A stretch of 59,523 nucleotides of DNA, filler included. It is 4 parts of 4 records of this genome, joined end to end, with 100 filler letters (N's around TTAATTAATTAA, not from the genome) between each part and the next. Parts side by side here need not be neighbours in the genome. Positions count along the whole stretch, not along the records: positions 1 to 14,246 come from SRR31156797_14235; 3 more parts are not named here. One strand, 5' to 3'. A program made the translations under genes and the position numbers. Positions 1 through 8,874 of this stretch are shown in pieces. The notes under the pieces were generated by a model. The model saw only the letters and a program-made list of their open reading frames with translations, was not told the origin of the DNA and made no database searches. Every line of letters starts with the position of its first letter. The stretch's first letter is position 1.

Positions 1-345
1 GATAATAAAGCAAATCAAATGTTTATGAAAATCTTATTAAAAAAAATGAATATAGAATTTCATGTAGCAAATGACGGTATCGAAGCAGTATCACTTTTTA
101 AAGAAAACAAATACGATATCATTTTAATGGATGAAAACATGCCAAATATGAATGGAATAGAAGCCACAAAACAGATACTTCAATATGAAAAAGAAAATAA
201 TCTAAACCATACCCCGATCATAGCATTAACAGCAAATGCCTTAAAAGGTGATAGGGAAAGATTCTTAGATATAGGTATGGACGAATACCTTAGTAAACCT
301 TTAGAGAAAGACAAGCTTATTGAAGTACTCAATAAGCTGCTATAG
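1..345 (+). CDS. C-terminal receiver (REC) domain, probably of a hybrid histidine kinase; 5'-truncated by window edge
   Basis: Open frame from base 1 (DNKANQMFM...); REC motifs DIILMDENMPNMNG, IIALTANA, YLSKP. Confidence 0.85.
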   Translation, partial: DNKANQMFMKILLKKMNIEFHVANDGIEAVSLFKENKYDIILMDENMPNMNGIEATKQILQYEKENNLNHTPIIALTANALKGDRERFLDIGMDEYLSKPLEKDKLIEVLNKLL

Positions 346-354
346 TTTTTCTCA

Positions 355-795
355 CTATTTTCCTAAAAGCCCTGCCCCATCAATCTTTGCACTTCTATCC
401 AGTGCATATTCTCTTTTGCCATTTATCAAATCATATTTCCAAATAGGAGCAGAGGCTTTAAAATCTTCTACAAACTCATCGATAAGCTCTAATGCCACTC
501 TTCTTTTAGGTGAACAAACAGCTGCTATGTAAGAGCTTTCATGGTTTGGTACATCTCCAATACTATGAGCCATAAGCACTACTGCATTTTGTTCACTTGC
601 TTTTTTTTGCCAAGCATCAAACCATGAATTTAATATAGGTTCATAAATATCAAAGCTAAGTCCATCAATATTATCTTCATCTCTAACAACCCCTACAAAA
701 GTGATAATAGCTCCATAGTTTGAAAGTTTATATTTTTGGTACCAGCTATTGGTGATATTTTCTACTTGAAGTGAACCTTGATGTAATTCTAACAT
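355..795 (-). CDS. moaE: Molybdopterin synthase catalytic subunit
   Basis: GAIITFVGVVR, FKASAPIWKY motifs; follows moaD; ATG at 795 chosen over the upstream track start. Confidence 0.9.
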   Translation of the reverse strand: MLELHQGSLQVENITNSWYQKYKLSNYGAIITFVGVVRDEDNIDGLSFDIYEPILNSWFDAWQKKASEQNAVVLMAHSIGDVPNHESSYIAAVCSPKRRVALELIDEFVEDFKASAPIWKYDLINGKREYALDRSAKIDGAGLLGK

Positions 796-796
796 C

Positions 797-1018
797 TCAA
801 CCACCACACACTGGAGGGAGTAAAGATACTTTATCTCCATCATTTAAAGCGATGTTTTTATCTTTTACCAAAACATCATTTATAGCCACTGCACTATTTT
901 CAAGCCAAGGGTGTAGACTCTCATCTTCTTTTAATACAATACTTAATTCATCTAAACTTTTTATATCAAGCTCCATAGGCTCTTTCCCAATTGGTCCTAA
1001 AAATTCAACTTTTACCAT
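797..1018 (-). CDS. moaD: Molybdopterin synthase sulfur carrier
   Basis: 73 aa ubiquitin-like protein ending LLPPVCGG; between moaC and moaE. Confidence 0.92.
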   Translation of the reverse strand: MVKVEFLGPIGKEPMELDIKSLDELSIVLKEDESLHPWLENSAVAINDVLVKDKNIALNDGDKVSLLPPVCGG

Positions 1019-1497
1019 TAATTTTTCTCCCTTTGAAAGTCTCCAGTTTTTCCACCACTTTTATGTTCAAGTTGCACATCTGAGATGATCATCCCTTTAT
1101 CTATAGCTTTTACCATATCATAAATTGTAAGAAGTCCAATGCTCACTCCTGTTAAAGCTTCCATCTCTACTCCCGTTTGTCCAGCAAGTTTAGTAGTGAC
1201 CGTTAGTTTAAACCCTGGAAGTTCTGGTAACTCTTCCACATCACAGTTAATTCCACTAAGAAGTAGTGGATGACACATTGGGATAAGTTCCGGTGTTTTT
1301 TTAGTTCCCATAATTGCAGCAATTACTGCTGTTTGAAGCACTGGTCCTTTTTTATTTTGATTTGAAATTACATTATTATATGCTTCATTGCTCATAGAGA
1401 TAACTCCACTAGCCACTGCTACTCTAGTTGTAGTATCTTTCTCAGATACATCTACCATCTTTGGTCTATTATTTTCATCTAAATGTGTTAAATCCAT
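1018..1497 (-). CDS. moaC: Cyclic pyranopterin monophosphate synthase
   Basis: [43 protein letters not shown] motifs. Confidence 0.96.
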   Translation of the reverse strand: MDLTHLDENNRPKMVDVSEKDTTTRVAVASGVISMSNEAYNNVISNQNKKGPVLQTAVIAAIMGTKKTPELIPMCHPLLLSGINCDVEELPELPGFKLTVTTKLAGQTGVEMEALTGVSIGLLTIYDMVKAIDKGMIISDVQLEHKSGGKTGDFQREKN

Positions 1498-1503
1498 TTT
1501 TAT

Positions 1504-2013
1504 TTAAACCTTTTTTCCATTTTTATCTATCCATGCAATAATACCCAAAGGCTCATTTAAATCTAAACATTCACACCCTTTAGGAATATCCGTGCAATCT
1601 ATTGTTTCATCTGTAGCTATTGCATCACTTACATCAAAATAATCACTATTTAAACTCTCTCTTTGTACAGCAATTCTAGGAAGTGGTATAGTTTTAAGCC
1701 CCTCAACTAAAAGATAATCAAACTCTCCAAACATCTTTACGATCTGATCTATCCCAGAAGTTTGTTGTTTAAAAAGAGTTGTTCTCATTGGAGAGACTAC
1801 TGCTACATCTGCTCCTGTTGAAGAAAACTTATGACTATCTTTTCCCTCTTTATCAAAGATTGCTTTATCTTTTGGATCATGCTTTACTATACAAACTTTA
1901 AAACCTTGTTCTTGTAATAGCTTTGATAAGGTTACTATTAAGGTGGTTTTTCCACTATTTGAAGGGCCTGTAAAAGCTGCTGCTATTCTTTTCATACTTT
2001 TCCTATCAATCAA
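1504..2013 (-). CDS. mobB: Molybdopterin-guanine dinucleotide biosynthesis protein B
   Basis: P-loop GPSNSGKTT, IVKHDP..D..GKDS, LVEGLK; start may be the downstream ATG (MKRIAA). Confidence 0.9.
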   Translation of the reverse strand: MIDRKSMKRIAAAFTGPSNSGKTTLIVTLSKLLQEQGFKVCIVKHDPKDKAIFDKEGKDSHKFSSTGADVAVVSPMRTTLFKQQTSGIDQIVKMFGEFDYLLVEGLKTIPLPRIAVQRESLNSDYFDVSDAIATDETIDCTDIPKGCECLDLNEPLGIIAWIDKNGKKV

Positions 2014-2051
2014 TTTTAATAAAAGTATACTATAACTTATACTAGAGAGTA

Positions 2052-2065
2052 TTGATATATGTCAA
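2052..2065 (-). promoter_or_regulatory. Crp/Fnr (Nss-type) box for the mobB-moaCDE promoter
   Basis: TTGATATATGTCAA; minus-strand -10 TATACT at 2029-2024, 22 nt from the box. Confidence 0.75.
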
Positions 2066-2067
2066 AT

Positions 2068-2081
2068 TTGACTTAGGTCAT
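2068..2081 (+). promoter_or_regulatory. Crp/Fnr (Nss-type) box for a plus-strand promoter with no downstream CDS
   Basis: TTGACTTAGGTCAT (one mismatch to TTGA-N6-TCAA); -10 TACAAT at 2104-2109, 22 nt downstream. Confidence 0.65.
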
Positions 2082-2114
2082 ATTTTTTTTGAGTAAATTA
2101 AGTTACAATCATTT

Positions 2115-2201
2115 AATTAAAAACCGATACCAAATACCTACGAAGTATTGCATCTTCTCCTTCTTCATAATACCAAAGCAACTTATCGGTTTTTAATTTT
2201 T
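2115..2201 (+). ncRNA. Putative Crp/Fnr-activated small RNA with CU-rich (anti-SD) loop
   Basis: Starts at the expected TSS after box and -10; perfect 15-bp arms AATTAAAAACCGATA (2115-2129) / TATCGGTTTTTAATT (2184-2198) enclosing 54 nt with CTTCTCCTTCTTC; T-run at the 3' end; no ORF. Confidence 0.5.
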
Positions 2202-2756
2202 ATATATAATCACAATTTTACAACTTGGTTTATCCAAATCTTTTAATTGAATATTTAAAATTTGCTCTGTTTTTATACTATTATCTTTTAAAAAATTAGC
2301 AAGAGTTTGATTCATTTGTTTTTCATTATTTATGGAATTAAGAATTTTTATTACTATTATACTTAAGCTACTCTCTTCATATTTAAAATTATCACTTTCA
2401 TAAGGATTAAACTCTTGTGCATTCACCTTATAATTAAAAAGATTTTTATAGGTAGTTCCTCTATCATTTTTCAGTATTTTTGCAATAATTGGATGAGATT
2501 TATCATTCCATTGACCATCATAAAACTCAAAAAGAGATTTTATCTCATACTCATCTTCTAGTATTATAAGATCATTATTTTTCGCTTCTAAAGGAAGTTC
2601 TGTTTCACTTTCAATGATTTTTACCCCATCAATAACTTTATTCAAAGTACTCAGATCGTTATTTTGAAGAAGTGTATCAATATTTGATTGTGAGTGTAGA
2701 TTGCATATTATACAAGTGACAAAAAATATCACTTGTATAGTTTTTTTATAGATCAT
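2193..2756 (-). CDS. Hypothetical exported protein, last gene of the hao-like cluster
   Basis: 187 aa ORF, signal-peptide-like N-terminus, TAATG overlap with the upstream gene. Confidence 0.7.
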   Translation of the reverse strand: MIYKKTIQVIFFVTCIICNLHSQSNIDTLLQNNDLSTLNKVIDGVKIIESETELPLEAKNNDLIILEDEYEIKSLFEFYDGQWNDKSHPIIAKILKNDRGTTYKNLFNYKVNAQEFNPYESDNFKYEESSLSIIVIKILNSINNEKQMNQTLANFLKDNSIKTEQILNIQLKDLDKPSCKIVIIYKN

Positions 2757-3406
2757 TATCTTTTGATTGTTGTTGTCTCTGTGATAAGTTTATCTGAAGA
2801 GATCATTAAATATACATTGGCTAATTTTGGTTCTTTTTGTTTTGTCATCATAGGCTGATCAGAACTCAATTTTACAGAGATATATGGATTAAATTTTACC
2901 TCTTGAGCTTTTGTTGTACTTTGAGGTTTTTGTAAAAAATCAGCTAAACTTGTACTTTTTTGAGTATTTTTATCTTTTAAAGAATCTTTCCATTTTTTAA
3001 TATCATCTTCACTAAACTTTGTCCCTGTATGGTCATAAATCCAATAGATCATTTTATCATGAGCCATAGCTGTTGGTTCATCATGATCATGAATCATATT
3101 CCCTATCAAGCCTTTTATCTTTTCTTGCTTCATTTGTTGAAATCTTTTATTGATAGCAAGAACTTTTAGATTTTCAGAATTTACTGCTATAAGTAGATTA
3201 TCATTTGCAAGAAACTTTCTCACATTTGGATTATCACTTCGTAAACCATTATTTTCTAGAAGCTTTTTTTGATCTTCACTCAGAGTTTTTCCTATGATAT
3301 ATCCATCAATCCCTTTATTGATAGAAGCCACATCTTCAAATATACCAGCTTGTAGATTGATACTACAAACAATAAAAGCCATTACAACTGTAAGTTTCTT
3401 CAACAT
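2756..3406 (-). CDS. Hypothetical periplasmic protein downstream of the octaheme cytochrome
   Basis: 216 aa, Sec signal (MLKKLTVVMAFIVCSINLQA), AGGAGA RBS. Confidence 0.8.
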   Translation of the reverse strand: MLKKLTVVMAFIVCSINLQAGIFEDVASINKGIDGYIIGKTLSEDQKKLLENNGLRSDNPNVRKFLANDNLLIAVNSENLKVLAINKRFQQMKQEKIKGLIGNMIHDHDEPTAMAHDKMIYWIYDHTGTKFSEDDIKKWKDSLKDKNTQKSTSLADFLQKPQSTTKAQEVKFNPYISVKLSSDQPMMTKQKEPKLANVYLMISSDKLITETTTIKR

Positions 3407-3437
3407 TTTTATCTCCTAAGATTTAAATTATTCACTA

Positions 3438-3507
3438 TTAAGATGATCACTTTGATCATCTTAAGCCTAAATAATATGACCAAAGGGGTATTCCCCCTTT
3501 ATGGTCA
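3438..3507 (-). terminator. Two stem-loops after the octaheme gene (terminator or mRNA stabiliser)
   Basis: Perfect 12-bp IR TTAAGATGATCA-ctt-TGATCATCTTAA (3438-3464) and imperfect TGACCAAAGGGG..CCCCTTtaTGGTCA (3477-3507). Confidence 0.55.
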
Positions 3508-3514
3508 CAAAATA

Positions 3515-5095
3515 TTATTGTTTATATCTTCTTTTGTTTTCTTCCTCAATCATTTTTAATGTTTCAGGATTTCCACCAGTTTTATACCATGCATGTTCTG
3601 GTTTGTTTAAAAGTTCATCAATAAGTTTTTTATACTTATCCCCTTTTCCAGCTTTTTCAGCAAGCTTGATCACTTTTGGTAAAAACTTAGAATAGAAGTG
3701 TCTTGATACTTCATACATACCATGCCAGTGAGTAAAGTCAGGTGCTTGCATAGCAGCTCCATGTCTTGCACGTCTACCTTCATGATGCCAAATTTCAAAC
3801 CAAATATATCCAATATCGTCCTGTTGAAAACCAGATTTTTTCCAGATGCCATCTTGTTTCATCTCTTTTACAAGAGCAACTCCAGGTTTAGCAAACTTAT
3901 CATTATATGTATATACTAAAGAATCAAATTGTTCATAGAAGTTATTTACATGATGATCAGAGTGACAAGATGAACAAACTTGTTTCATATTCTCTCTTCT
4001 ATCTTCCCATGTCATAACAGATTTAACTTTTTTCTTCTTCATTATTTTTTTAAGTTTATCACCTTCACGTACATAATCTTTGAAAGTTTGCATTGAACCA
4101 ACTTTTGGTGCTTTTTCCCCTGGAATATCTTGTACTGTTCCATCTTCAAAAGTAACTCTATTGAGTTTCACAGAAACAGCAGGTCGTAATGTCCAAGAGA
4201 TTCTATCACCAACATTATGAGTTCCTTTTACAATTGAACCATTTGATTTTTTGTAACTTCCCATATGACAAGTAGAACATGTAGGAGCCGCATTATAATC
4301 TTTTCCTAATACCCAAGAACCTTGTTTATGAATATTCATACCACCTTTAACATCACCTTTTGGTGCTGCATAATAAGCAATACCATGTTTAGATTCTTCA
4401 TAGATCTCTTTTTGTGGATGATCTGGTCCAAGGTGACATTTACCACAGTTTTCTGGTTGTCTTGCTCGGCTTGAACTAAAATCATGTCTTGAGTGACAAG
4501 CATTACAAGATCCTCTTGTACCATCATGATTAATTCGTCCAATACCAGAATTTGGCCATGTCATCCAATCCATAACTGGAGCACCTGCTTCGTTATAGAT
4601 AAGTTTTCCATGCTTATCTTTTTTCGGTTTAATTACTGAACCGTGACATTGCCAACATCCATTTACAGCATCTGCTTTACTATCAGGAAATGAAGCAATA
4701 ACTTCTGCCAACATATTATCCAATGATGCCATAATCTGACCAGCCGTAGCATGGTGAGAATTTGTCATCTCTTTCACCTCTCTCTCGTGGCAAAAGTTAC
4801 AATCATTTGGAGTTTGGATCGTTTTGATAAACGCACCCTCATGTTCATATCCTAATGAATCATTTTTATTTGCTGCATGACATGTATAGCATCCAACATC
4901 AGATGCTGCATGTGCAGAGTTTTCATAATGATCCACTAATGATCTATTCTCTTTAAGGTGACAAGTGATACATTTATCATTAAGATCTTTAATGTTCTCA
5001 TGTCTAACTTTAGAAGATTCCTTTGTAGTTGCATACACACTACTACTTAACCCAATAGCTACCAAAGAAGCTATCAACAATTTGTAAAATCTCAT
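3515..5095 (-). CDS. hao: Octaheme cytochrome c of the hydroxylamine oxidoreductase family (epsilon-Hao-like, probably reductive)
   Basis: Signal peptide; eight CxxCH (CITCH, CYTCH, CNFCH, CWQCH, CNACH, CGKCH, CSTCH, CSSCH); HAO-family CHSRHDF, GPDHPQKEIYEESKHG, APTCSTCHM, HHEGRRARHGAAM motifs. Confidence 0.85.
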   Translation of the reverse strand: MRFYKLLIASLVAIGLSSSVYATTKESSKVRHENIKDLNDKCITCHLKENRSLVDHYENSAHAASDVGCYTCHAANKNDSLGYEHEGAFIKTIQTPNDCNFCHEREVKEMTNSHHATAGQIMASLDNMLAEVIASFPDSKADAVNGCWQCHGSVIKPKKDKHGKLIYNEAGAPVMDWMTWPNSGIGRINHDGTRGSCNACHSRHDFSSSRARQPENCGKCHLGPDHPQKEIYEESKHGIAYYAAPKGDVKGGMNIHKQGSWVLGKDYNAAPTCSTCHMGSYKKSNGSIVKGTHNVGDRISWTLRPAVSVKLNRVTFEDGTVQDIPGEKAPKVGSMQTFKDYVREGDKLKKIMKKKKVKSVMTWEDRRENMKQVCSSCHSDHHVNNFYEQFDSLVYTYNDKFAKPGVALVKEMKQDGIWKKSGFQQDDIGYIWFEIWHHEGRRARHGAAMQAPDFTHWHGMYEVSRHFYSKFLPKVIKLAEKAGKGDKYKKLIDELLNKPEHAWYKTGGNPETLKMIEEENKRRYKQ

Positions 5096-5144
5096 GTGTT
5101 CTCTCCTTTACAAACTTTCCGACCAACCAACCACTGAACTTGTA

Positions 5145-6341
5145 CTAGTGTACAGACTCTTTATCGCACTCACTTTCCCAAAGAGGAAAAATTTTACTTA
5201 ATACCCATAAAGTAACTATTGGCGCAACCAGCATAATAACAGTGACCAATATCCCCTCTTTATCAAACCACAATGGATGGTATGTAGCAAATCCTCTTTC
5301 ACTTTTTGCCATCAATTGACCACCTATTACAACATTCCATCTCATAAACAATACTTGTGCTAAAAGCATAAAAGAAACTATTGGTGCAACCACCATCAAT
5401 ACTCCTCGGCTCACTTTTACTAAAGAGAGATACCCAAGGACTAAAAATGGGATCAATGAAAGAATTTTTACTTGCATTGTCCAAAATGACCAATGAAGCG
5501 GCCCATTTAATGCAGCACTAATATGATGCCACCCTGTTGTTCCTCCATACGCATGAACAGAGATCTCTATCATCTCAAATAAAAAGTCAAGAATAAAAAA
5601 TGCCCATAAAAGCTTTACCAAGGTTTTAATAGTTTCAGTTTTTATCTCAGCCATTTTTCCAGTAAATTTTTTTATAAGGATATAAAAAAGTATCATCCCT
5701 GCAATTCCAGAAACAGAAGCTGAAAGTAAGAAAATAATAGGCATAAGTGGAGTAAACCACCAATCAACTGTTTTTACTGCACCAAAAATAAACCCAACAT
5801 ATCCATGTAGTGAACACGCAAGTGGAATACCAATTGCTGCTAATACAAAAGCAACTTTATGATCTATCTCTCTTCCTCTTTGAGATTTATCATTTGTTCC
5901 AAGAGTAAGAATATTATAGATCACTTTTTTAACTCCCCTTGATTTTTCTTTTAAAAGAACCATCTCATATCTATAGATAAACAATATTTCAAAAATAAGA
6001 AGTATTGAATAGGACATATAGATATATCCAAACCCTGCCATCATAGATGGACCAGTAAAGTTTGGGGTAAAGAGCATATTAAGAGCCCTCTCAGGATGCC
6101 CTAAGTGATTCAGTAGTGGTGCTGTTACAAATAAAAGCCAAGAGAGTGCAAAGATCAAAGCGAACTTTGCAATAGGCATTAAAGACTCCACTTTAAATAC
6201 ATGGGCAAGTGCTGAAACAATAAATGCACCTGCAACTACTCCTGTAATATACGGATATATTACAATCATCAAAGTCCAATGAGCATGAGCATCATTTGGA
6301 AAAACATAATTCAATGCTTCACTTACAATTCCAGCATCCAT
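5145..6341 (-). CDS. NrfD/PsrC-family quinol-interacting membrane subunit
   Basis: Multi-TM protein with W..MIVIYPYITGVVAGAF, HLGHPERA, HGYVGFIF, W..PLMPIIFLLSA, MRWNVVIGGQ. Confidence 0.88.
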   Translation of the reverse strand: MDAGIVSEALNYVFPNDAHAHWTLMIVIYPYITGVVAGAFIVSALAHVFKVESLMPIAKFALIFALSWLLFVTAPLLNHLGHPERALNMLFTPNFTGPSMMAGFGYIYMSYSILLIFEILFIYRYEMVLLKEKSRGVKKVIYNILTLGTNDKSQRGREIDHKVAFVLAAIGIPLACSLHGYVGFIFGAVKTVDWWFTPLMPIIFLLSASVSGIAGMILFYILIKKFTGKMAEIKTETIKTLVKLLWAFFILDFLFEMIEISVHAYGGTTGWHHISAALNGPLHWSFWTMQVKILSLIPFLVLGYLSLVKVSRGVLMVVAPIVSFMLLAQVLFMRWNVVIGGQLMAKSERGFATYHPLWFDKEGILVTVIMLVAPIVTLWVLSKIFPLWESECDKESVH

Positions 6342-7171
6342 TACACCACCTCCTCATGTAAATTTACATAATAAAGCTGCGGTTCATTTCCAAGCTCTTT
6401 TTTCAACACTTTTAATCTTGAACGAGAATTAAATATTTTTGCAACTTCACTAGTTTTATCATTAAGGTCACCAAACTTTCTTGCACCTGTTGGGCAAGCA
6501 TTTACACACGCAGGAAGCTTTCCTTTACGTACTCTATGGTAACACCATGTACATTTATCAGCTGTTTTTGTTTCTTCATTGATAAATCGTACACCATAAG
6601 GACAGGCTTGAATACAATATCCACATGCCACACAATGTTCTTTATCAACTACTACAAATCCATCAGGTGTGGTAAAAGTAGCTGCAACTGGACACACTTG
6701 AGTACATGAAGGCTCATCACACATATTACAAAGCTTTGGTACAAAAAATGCTTCTTTTACCTCTTTGATAGTCTCGTGAATTGGTATATTTGAATACCCT
6801 TTTTCTCCCCCATCAGGAGAATCTACATACACTTTATTCATCATATCAATGACATAGCGTTCAACCCATGTACGATATTGTCCCTCTGGCACATTATTTT
6901 CTTTTCTATCAGCAACACAACAATTTCCACATCCAATACATGAAGTAACATCAACCATAAAACAATAGTGTGCCTCCATATTCATAGGATTTATAGAGAT
7001 GTCATTTCCTGATGCTTTCTCTTCCCCTAACACTTTTCCAAAAAGCTCAGAACTCATAGGGATCATTAACATCAAAGAACCACTCACAGAACCTTTGATA
7101 ACTTTTTCAATAAATCCTCTTCTATCTTTATCGATAAAAGACTGTGTAATATTATTTTTATCGTGCATCAT
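6341..7171 (-). CDS. NrfC/DmsB-family 4x[4Fe-4S] protein, Tat-exported
   Basis: DRRGF twin-arginine; CIGCGNC..A, CNMCDEPSC..VCP, CVACGYCIQACP, KCTWC..PACVNACP. Confidence 0.9.
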   Translation of the reverse strand: MMHDKNNITQSFIDKDRRGFIEKVIKGSVSGSLMLMIPMSSELFGKVLGEEKASGNDISINPMNMEAHYCFMVDVTSCIGCGNCCVADRKENNVPEGQYRTWVERYVIDMMNKVYVDSPDGGEKGYSNIPIHETIKEVKEAFFVPKLCNMCDEPSCTQVCPVAATFTTPDGFVVVDKEHCVACGYCIQACPYGVRFINEETKTADKCTWCYHRVRKGKLPACVNACPTGARKFGDLNDKTSEVAKIFNSRSRLKVLKKELGNEPQLYYVNLHEEVV

Positions 7172-7694
7172 CTAAAGCCTCCTTAAGAGTTCTCATCTTT
7201 TTCACATGATTTATATTTTCAAGTGGTGCATGAACTGTATGGCATTGATCACAAGTATGTGTTTGTTTTACATTTTGCTCACTTAAATGTTGTTCTTTAT
7301 CAATCATAGGAAATTTTTCAGGACGACCAATGGCTTTTTGGTGACACTTTAAACACAGATCAATCTGTGCTTCCCCTTTTCTAACAGGCATATCAGCTAT
7401 TTTTTGACCATCTCTTGCATGTTCTGATACGGGTGCATGACAAGATTCACAGGCAAGTCTTTTATGGGAAGAGTGAGATTTTAATTCGATAATTTCAATA
7501 TGGCAACTTGTACATGATGTATTCTCACCATGAACTAAAGGCTTATTTGCTTCTTGATCAATATAAGCACCTCTAAAATAACCATACTCCCCCCAACTTT
7601 CAGGAAGTACTATTACTCTTGCAAGTAAAACCAGCACTATAATTGAAATAAAGACAATTACAGAACGTATCCAAAACTGATTTGGTTCATCCAT
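7158..7694 (-). CDS. Membrane-anchored tetraheme cytochrome c
   Basis: N-terminal TM; CTSCH, CESCH, CLKCH, CDQCH; ATG 7694 with AAGGAGA RBS. Confidence 0.85.
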   Translation of the reverse strand: MDEPNQFWIRSVIVFISIIVLVLLARVIVLPESWGEYGYFRGAYIDQEANKPLVHGENTSCTSCHIEIIELKSHSSHKRLACESCHAPVSEHARDGQKIADMPVRKGEAQIDLCLKCHQKAIGRPEKFPMIDKEQHLSEQNVKQTHTCDQCHTVHAPLENINHVKKMRTLKEALDDAR

Positions 7695-7773
7695 AGTCAA
7701 TCTCCTTTCTTGAATCAAAATTCAATTCAGCAAACTATAAAAAATATTTTATAGTTTTTTAAGGAGAAAAAAA

Positions 7774-7787
7774 TTGACCTAGGTCAA
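7774..7787 (-). promoter_or_regulatory. Crp/Fnr (Nss-type) box for the cytochrome-nrfCD-hao operon
   Basis: Perfect palindrome TTGACCTAGGTCAA; minus-strand -10 TAAAAT at 7751-7746, 22 nt away. Confidence 0.85.
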
Positions 7788-7878
7788 GAAAAAATTCATA
7801 TTTGGGATTAAAATATATATGATAGTTATATTTTATAACAAGTTACTATTTTGAAAAAATTAATTGTGCTGTAAAACT

Positions 7879-8874
7879 CTATCGAGATTCTTGAGTTTTA
7901 CAACTTTGTAAAAGCTTATCCAATTCATTTTTTAAACTTTGTAGTTTTTTTGTTGATTTTAAAAGTTCTTCATTGGACTCTATAACGATATCTTCACTTT
8001 TATCAATCTGTTTCATCACTTCTGATTTATTTTCAATCTCATTGATAATGGTATCAAACTCATCCGTTAAACTAGCCAGCTTATCTGAAGCTAATTTTGA
8101 TTGCTCCAAAGCATTTTGAGAATAGTTCACTGCACTTGAAACTTTTGAGATAAAACAGTTAAAGTTATCAGCGATCTCAACAAACTCTTTCTCCCCTTGT
8201 ACATCCATAGGTTGCAGAGTATCAATATCATTATGAATCATCTGTTTTGATTTTTCTATAAACTCTTTTGCATGAGCCTCGATCTGTTTTAATTGAACCA
8301 AGGAATAGATCGCAAAGATCAGTAAAAAAGCAAATGAGGTATACTGAAAGTTTTTAATAAACGCTGTTTTTTCTTCTATATGTTTAGTATATAAAGATAC
8401 TATCTGATCCACCTCATCAAGTAATTCATCATTGGTATTATTAAAATATATTAAAAGAGAGTTTAACTTTTGGATATCATCCAAAAGAAATGCCTCTTTA
8501 AACTCATTGGAGTTTTTTTCAAAACTATTCCATAAAACTTGTACTTTTTCTATTTGTAGTTTGATATCTTCCGTTGGAGCATGTGCAATCCCTAAGTTTT
8601 TATTTCCATTTTTTAAAGTTGCCAATCCATATCGAAACTCTGAGATCGCTTGATCCATCTGTGTAAAATCAGATTTTTTTGTCTGATAAATTAGATAGAT
8701 ATTTTTTGTGATCTTTTGGGTAAGCATACGCTGTTTCCCTGCCATATTGACTATTAGCGCATCTTTTATATTTTTCTCATTTAAATAGATAGTAACTGAG
8801 ATAACCGTAAAAATAGTTAAAATCAGTAATGCACCTAATAGTTTAACTGTTCTACTTACACTTAAACCTTTCAT
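7879..8874 (-). CDS. Membrane protein with NarX/PilJ-type nitrate/nitrite-sensing domain, HAMP-like linker and coiled coil; no kinase domain
   Basis: TM1, P-box-like IVNMAGKQRMLTQK, TM2, EFVEIADNFN HAMP-like segment, heptad tail; ATGA overlap with the Crp gene. Confidence 0.8.
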   Translation of the reverse strand: MKGLSVSRTVKLLGALLILTIFTVISVTIYLNEKNIKDALIVNMAGKQRMLTQKITKNIYLIYQTKKSDFTQMDQAISEFRYGLATLKNGNKNLGIAHAPTEDIKLQIEKVQVLWNSFEKNSNEFKEAFLLDDIQKLNSLLIYFNNTNDELLDEVDQIVSLYTKHIEEKTAFIKNFQYTSFAFLLIFAIYSLVQLKQIEAHAKEFIEKSKQMIHNDIDTLQPMDVQGEKEFVEIADNFNCFISKVSSAVNYSQNALEQSKLASDKLASLTDEFDTIINEIENKSEVMKQIDKSEDIVIESNEELLKSTKKLQSLKNELDKLLQSCKTQESR

